Below are positions 57,110 to 64,000 of a stretch of DNA of 64,000 bases, piece by piece. Each line of letters opens with the position of its first letter. The stretch's first letter is position 1. This DNA is from Eledone cirrhosa (taxonomy: Eukaryota): positions 224,440,001-224,504,000 of the forward strand of contig OZ024742.1 in assembly GCA_964016885.1 (NCBI GenBank). Reading direction: 5' to 3'. A program made the position numbers and the translations under genes. The notes beneath the pieces were generated by a model. The model saw only the letters and a list, made by a program, of their open reading frames with translations, was not told the origin of the DNA and did no database searches.

Positions 57110-58600
57110 CCCACTGAAACGTTTCTTGGGTTCTTGTTTGGGTTTTTTACCAAGAGTTAGCACTCCATACTAAATTTGCTTAGGTACCCTCTCTCCTTCC
57201 ATCCGCCTAAAATGCCTTGCTCAACGCAGTTGGTTTTGAATGAGCAGTTTTTCTATGATGGTTGTATCGACCCGCTGCAGAACAATGGTGTCAGGTGTAA
57301 ATGTCTGCCACTTAATGTTCATGGTACACCTTACGCATTTTTGGTGGAATCTTTCTAATGTCTTGACATGATACCAGTATGTGGTCCAAGTCTCAGAAGA
57401 GTACAAGAGAGCTGTCAGGACACTGGATTAGTAGACATTTATCTTAGTGCCAATCGAGATGTTTTTGTCCGACCAACTTACCTAATGCATTGTTGGCTTT
57501 TCCCATGCTTAGTTTGATTTCGGACTACCAAGCTAGACAACTGTATCAACAACCTTCAACCTTTGATCCTGAATGTTGCTCAGGAGGATGTGTATACATG
57601 ACCGTGGTCATTCAGAATTGACGGTAATACCGAAGGCAGTGCATGTCCCATAAAACAGGTCTATGATTGCCTTCATGTTCTCCTCGAGATCAACAACAAT
57701 GTCTGCATCGTCAGCATAGAGTAACTCTCATATAACATATTGGAGAGTCTTTGATTTAGTCCCAAAGCGTGTCAAGTTGAAAACTTTATCTGTGGTCTTG
57801 ATAACAATTCTGAAAAGCATATGGGAGATTCATAGCAAAGATAGAGAAGAGCTTCATTGCAAAGATAGAGAAGAGCTTCATTGCAAAGAAGATATAGACC
57901 TGAATTGGTGTTGGGATATCCTCTTGCTTAACTTCGTTGTCGACGGCTATGGATTCAGGCAGAGAACCACTGAAATTAAGCCTCCTTTTCATACCTTGAT
58001 GACATGAATTCCGGGGGGTATTCTCTCTTATTAAGAATGGTCCACAGAACATTCCTATTCATGGAGTCAAAAGCTTTGGTGAGATCAAGAAAAACATGTA
58101 CAAAGCCATGAACAAGGAAACAACGATCGCTTTAACCCAGTCTTGAGAAAGAGGAGTACCCGATCAAATATCAGAAATGAAATGGTAAATCTCCATAGTA
58201 ATTTTGTCACCCCCATGAAACAAGACCTCGACAGGAATACCATCAAGCCCGGTGCTTTCCCAGTATTAATCCCCCCGCCCACAATCGTTTGGACCTCTGC
58301 CAGAGTAGGATGATCCGACATCTCATGAATTATATCCAATTGAGGCAAGTTATTGATGACGCCTGCATTAAACTCCCCAACTTTTTGGGGAGCATCATTT
58401 CTTCCTTGAGTAGCTGGTTGCTCTGAGAATCCTTTTTATCAAACCACTCCCGAGACCTAAGATTTCAATACTAGTGTTGTAAGACCGCGGTCTTAAACTG
58501 ATCCCATGAGCCTTCAAATTCAGTTTCTTCAAGAGCCCTCTTCAGATCCTCAAGAACCGCCGGGTCTTGCAATATCGGCACATCTACACGTCTAGTAAGT
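57110..58600 (-). pseudogene. Heavily decayed RTE-clade LINE
   Basis: Minus-strand remnants GKAPG, DLTKAFDS, ELLYADD and YSSETWTTY..LERFHQKCVR. Confidence 0.8.
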
Positions 58601-58668
58601 CTTGTCCCATTAGATCTTATTTTATGTTTTATGCGGAATTTCATTTTGCCACGTACTCCGGAGTAATG

Positions 58669-59053
58669 TAAAATAAAATAAAATAAATAAGTCAAATGTT
58701 TAAAATTTGGCTTCGTTTATTACTGCTATATATATTTCGGTGACAGCCATCTTTAGCTGTGACCTCTTCAGACAGTCCGAATTAGTGTGGTAGAGACGAG
58801 TACAGATGTTGTTGAGGTGTATAACTTTGTCAATGATATGATTCCATTTCCTCAGAGAAATAATAACCCAACAAGGAACTGGGCATATCAGAGTATTGAC
58901 AAAGTTATACACCTCAACAACATGTGTACTCGTCTCTACCACACTAATTCGGACTGCCTGAAGAGGTCACAGCCAAAGATGGCTGTCACCGAAATATATA
59001 TAGCAGTAATAAACGAAGCCAAATTTTAAACATTTGACTTATTTATTTTATTT

Positions 59054-59060
<7 letters not shown>
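58669..59060. mobile_element. Fold-back element with 166-bp arms and an HHR in both arms
   Basis: Arms 58669-58834 and 58895-59060 with a 60-bp spacer; ends in (TA)n. Confidence 0.9.
58953..59007 (+). ncRNA. Type I hammerhead ribozyme (mirror copy 58722-58776 on minus)
   Basis: ACTGC-CTGAAGA-GGTCACAGCCA AAGA TGGCTGTCACC-GAA-ATATATAT-A-GCAGT. Confidence 0.82.
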
Positions 59061-59118
<58 letters not shown>

Positions 59119-59326
59119 TGTATAGGTGCAATAAAATTGCGTCCGTAGGCGGTATGCCAGGTGAGCACTCGTTGTTCGCGCAGAGTAGAGTATAATACTA
59201 ATAATACTATAAGAATAAAGGCACAAAGTCAGGTTCGATCAATAATAGATCGTCAGTGAAACATATGTAATATGTTATTAAATATGTTTTGACGCAAGAC
59301 TGACTCTTGTTCCTTTATTTTTATAG

Positions 59327-59358
<32 letters not shown>

Positions 59359-59371
59359 AGTGTGTGTGTGT

Positions 59372-59426
<55 letters not shown>

Positions 59427-60016
59427 CGCTTGTGTGTTTATGTGTATACATATATATAGGTATACACATGCACACACATACATACATACATATAGTCGTC
59501 TTCCGCATGTTATGTTCCCTCTTCAACTAGCTTCAATCAAATTTCACAGTGAAGCTAAGTATATCGGAACAAGTCATCGATAGGATTAATGATGTCTCTA
59601 TTGACATAACTACTAAGGTACATTGTTGGTTAGTCTCTTTTAGTAATTAAGCAGTTTGATTGAGAGATGTAAGCTGGTTTTAACAACTACAACAACAACA
59701 ACAACAACAACATCAAGAGCATCGGCAGTAATAATACCAACGACAATAACAGCAACCACAACAGCGTTATTCTAACTGACTGCAAATATACAACACAGAG
59801 TTATATAATATAACTGATGCTATTGATTGTAATAAAATGTCTCTATCATCAGTTCAGTTAAAGGTGGATGGCAACTAAATATAGATTTTACTACTACAAA
59901 TAATTCAAATATATTAAAGTCGTTGTATATTTCGTGTAAAATCTTACTCATCGAACATTTGATGGCGTATATGTGTGTGAAACAGATTGAAAGAGAAATA
60001 CGGAAATATATATATT

Positions 60017-60285
60017 AATAATTGTTTCTACTTTAGGCACAAGGCCAGCAATTAACCAGTACATTACTGGTACTTATTTTATCGACCCCGTAAGGATGAA
60101 AGGCAAAGTTAACCTATATTAATAATATTAATTGTTTCTACTTTTGGCACAAGGCCAGCAATTACCCAGTGCATTACTGGTACTTTATTTCATCGACCCC
60201 GTAAGGATGAAAGGCAAAGTTAACCTCGGCGGGATTTGAACTCAGAATGGCAAGGGGCGTAACTCTATGTGTCAAAGCATGGTGT
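60017..60285 (-). mobile_element. Two tandem truncated SINE family A copies
   Basis: 60017-60114 flanked by TATATTAATAAT; 60129-60285 flanked by TAATATTAAT. Confidence 0.85.
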
Positions 60286-60469
60286 AATATTAATAAATGG
60301 TAAATATCTTTATAATACTATATAAAGATAAAGATATTTTCCTGGTTATTAATAATGTTAATATTAATAATACTCCAGATAAAACTGTAGAGTGCTTCAA
60401 ATCTGTTATAAAATTAACTCTGTTGAATAATAATCAACAAAAACCATGTAACTCATTGTATATATATAT

Positions 60470-60567
<98 letters not shown>

Positions 60568-60632
60568 GTATTTATATATATATGTATATATAAATGTATT
60601 TATATATATATATATGTATTTATATATATATG

Positions 60633-60693
<61 letters not shown>

Positions 60694-60722
60694 TTATATA
60701 TATATGTATTTATATATATATG

Positions 60723-60753
<31 letters not shown>

Positions 60754-60755
60754 GC

Positions 60756-60821
<66 letters not shown>

Positions 60822-60836
60822 GTATATATATATATG

Positions 60837-60885
<49 letters not shown>

Positions 60886-60906
60886 GTATATATATAGATA
60901 TATATA

Positions 60907-60939
<33 letters not shown>

Positions 60940-60964
60940 GCATATATATATATATATATATTCT

Positions 60965-61042
<78 letters not shown>

Positions 61043-61051
61043 CATTCATAC

Positions 61052-61110
<59 letters not shown>

Positions 61111-61377
61111 GCGAGAGGCCGTGGTAGCAGCAACGCGGAAAAAGTTTTTAGATCTGAGATGAGTATATTATTTTGCGTGTAAATTTGAAATCGTACATGT
61201 GTTAGTATTCGTCGGCTATAGATGTATGGTCTTATGTGGTGGTATGTAATATAGAGATGGTACTATTATTAAGGTATGGAGTTGAGTAGTATAGAAGGTG
61301 TACTGTTTTATATAAGTGTGGAAAAAGATAGAGAAAGAAAAAGAAAGAAAAGATATTAAGAAAGTATATAAATCAAT

Positions 61378-61745
61378 TTAAGGTGGTTGAAATTCAGTTG
61401 AATTTGTTGAGTATTTCCACAGTTGCCCTTTGAGGTGGAGGTATCCTCTAAAAAGTTCGCTCTTTGAGTTCAAATAATTATTGTTTGAAGACAACAAACA
61501 TTGTAATATTCTAAACTTTTCACTAAGACAGAGACGACATCTCTTGGTATCATTGGTGTAAGGTCTGGATCCTTCAAGTATCATCCAAATAATCTTAAGC
61601 GAGACTCCTTTCTACTTCAGGATTCCTGAAGGAGTGGAGGTGCGAGTAAAAACGTTGTTTAAAATGATTTTGCACTATACCGACGTATCTTTCGCTAACT
61701 TCAACATTTTCTGTGGTGTTGTATGTAACGGATTTGATGTTACAT
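61378..61745 (-). pseudogene. GIY-YIG endonuclease 3' remnant of a Penelope-like retroelement
   Basis: Minus strand gives YVGIVQNHFKQRFYSHLHSFRN (YIG..F..R...H), then after a frame break WMIL..SRPY..KRCRLCLSEK..I..YLNSKSELF. Confidence 0.8.
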
Positions 61746-61748
61746 TTC

Positions 61749-61808
<60 letters not shown>

Positions 61809-62414
61809 TATCTTTAATCCTACTAGAGCCGCTTGGATTTACCCAAATATCACCCAGCAGGCATTAGTAAACTTGAGACTAGCAATAGATAGAAAGAGAC
61901 GCTTATTCAAAACGACAAAACCCAGAACTTCGTGGTTGTGAAGTGATCTCTAGAATTACACAGCTATTACTGCGCGTATGGTATTTTATTTTAGCGACAT
62001 TCAAGGATGAAAAGCAACATAGTACGTAAAGAGCCGGAAATTCCTTGAAGTAGTTTTATAATTAATATTGATATTAATCCTCAATTATAAATATCCGACA
62101 AATTTGACAAATTCATAAAGTCTAAAACGTTTCGAATAGCAAAGACTCATTTTCAGGGATTACATCATTATAGTAGAGGCTTTAGACTTCATGTAGGTGT
62201 TTATATATAAATACACACACACACATACACACACACATATATATATATATATCGTATGTACATACATTCGTACACACACACATATATATATATCGTATAT
62301 ACATACATTCGTACACACACACATATATATATATATATATCGTATATACATACATACATTCGTACACACACACACACACATATATATTGTATATACATAC
62401 ATACATTCGTACAT

Positions 62415-62474
<60 letters not shown>

Positions 62475-62826
62475 TGTCATTGGTTATTCTCCGTAACAAG
62501 ATTGGTTATGTAAGTAACATTGCCCGGTTCTTATTTGTCAAAGAAGGGGGCAGTAAGTATATATAACATACTTATTAATTCCCCATGGAGTGTTTACAAT
62601 CGTCATTGTAGACGCAGCATGGCCCAATAGTTAAAAAGTTCGCTTTGCAGTCATTGGATCAAGGGCTCGCTCCTACTGCGTGACATATTGGCAAGTGTCA
62701 TTTTTTATAGCTGAGTGATAACCCAAGCCTTGTGAGTTATACTGTTACACGGAAACTGATTGGAAATCTGTTGGATGGATTATTTCCGTAATTCAAAGAG
62801 GGAACTTTGTCACACATATAACATCT

Positions 62827-63245
62827 CTCGCTCTGATCTATCGATAAGATCGACAAGATCCTAGACCTCATTCGCTTGCTGAGCAGGGTGGACCTCGCTC
62901 TGATCTATCGACAAGATCCTAGACCTCATTCACTTGCTGAGCGGGGTGGACCTCGCTCTGATCTATCGACAAGATCCTAGACCTCATTCGCTTGCTGAGC
63001 GGGGTGGACCTCGCTCTGATCTATCGACAAGATCCTAGACCTCATTCGCTTGCTGAGCGGGGTGGACTTCGCTTTGATCTATCGACAAGATCCTAGACCT
63101 CATTCGCTTGCTGAGCGGGGTGGACCTCGCTCTGATCTATCGACAAGATCCTAGACCTCATTCGCTTGCTGAGCGGGGTGGACCTCGCTCTGATCTATCG
63201 ACAAGATCCTAGATCTCATTCACATGCTGAGCGGCGTGGACCTCG
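62827..63245. repeat. 58-bp tandem repeat, about 7 copies
   Basis: Unit CCTCGCTCTGATCTATCGACAAGATCCTAGACCTCATTCGCTTGCTGAGCGGGGTGGA; continuous with a family B SINE at 63245-63410 on minus. Confidence 0.95.
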
Positions 63246-63554
63246 TCAAACCAGACCAAGGGAACAATGTTCCTATTGGGCTTTCTAATTGAAAATACTA
63301 TCTAACGGTCGCAACTCCTGGCAGAGAAAGCAACGTGAAATAGAGTATCTTGCTCAAGGGCACAACCCATCACCCAACTCTCTAGCCACTAAGCCACGCG
63401 CCTTCACATACCCTACTATGTGAAATCTGCTAGAGAATAACGTTAAAGTTACACATATGTATAGAATGCTCAGCGACGGAATCTCATTTCATTCATGATT
63501 CTGAACAGAAACATTCTGTAGGATTATAGTATGAAGAAATGTCCAAATTTGGTG

Positions 63555-64000
63555 TTATATGTTATGTTGTGTGGTGTTTGGTGTAGTAGTGTATGTTGTG
63601 TGGTATATGTTGTGTGGTATATGTTGTGTGGTATATGTTGTGTGGTGTAGGTTGTGTTGTTTTTTTTGTGTAGTATATGTTGTGTGGTGTATGTTGTGTA
63701 GTATATGTTGTCTGGTGTATATTGTGTAGTGTATGTTGTGTGGTATATGTTGTGTGGTATATGTTGTGTGATATATATTGTGTGGTGTATGTTATGTGGT
63801 GTATGTTGTGTGGTATATGTTGTGTGGTATATGTTGTGTGGTATATATTGTGTGGTATATATTGGGTGGTGTATGTTGTGTGGTGTATGTTGGGTGGTAT
63901 ATGTTGTGTGGTGTATGTTGTGTGGTGTATGTTGTGTAGTATATGTTGTGTGGTGTATGTTGTGTGATGTATGTTGTGTGGTATATGTTGTGTTGTATAT
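63555..64000. repeat. Degenerate 14-bp minisatellite
   Basis: TGGTATATGTTGTG units running to the window end. Confidence 0.9.

Noticed and set aside
58700-59029. Pair of near-identical 80-aa ORFs on opposite strands
   Set aside because: A by-product of the inverted repeat, with no protein signature.
62115-62195. Minus-strand CTGAAAA..GAAACGTT hammerhead-like motif
   Set aside because: Uncompensated G8 change and stem I not adjacent; at best a decayed copy.
62827-63245. CRISPR-like regular array
   Set aside because: Units are contiguous and identical with no unique spacers, no cas genes, and the context is eukaryotic.

Overview
Repeat-saturated, AT-rich animal genomic DNA with no host protein-coding exon that I can support. 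The microsatellite load and SINE types suggest an octopus or other cephalopod, which is inference. Almost all supplied ORFs are translations of simple repeats. Recognisable content: about 14 copies of one tRNA-derived SINE (several with TSDs), a second SINE family, decayed Tx1/L1-, RTE- and R4/Dong-type LINEs, mariner/Tc1 fragments, non-autonomous Helitrons, a GIY-YIG Penelope-like (PLE) endonuclease remnant and several minisatellites. The main observation is a set of at least eight unrelated families of short non-coding fold-back (long palindromic) elements sitting in (TA)n tracts. Nearly all carry a type I hammerhead ribozyme (HHR) core, often on both strands and usually with a palindromic stem III. 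In three independent families the palindrome apex is the ribozyme's stem II, and copy-specific mutations are mirrored in both arms. This points to a PLE-mobilised, (TA)n-targeted system whose cDNA snaps back at the ribozyme hairpin. All structures were read by eye, with no folding or database search, and coordinates may be off by a few bases.
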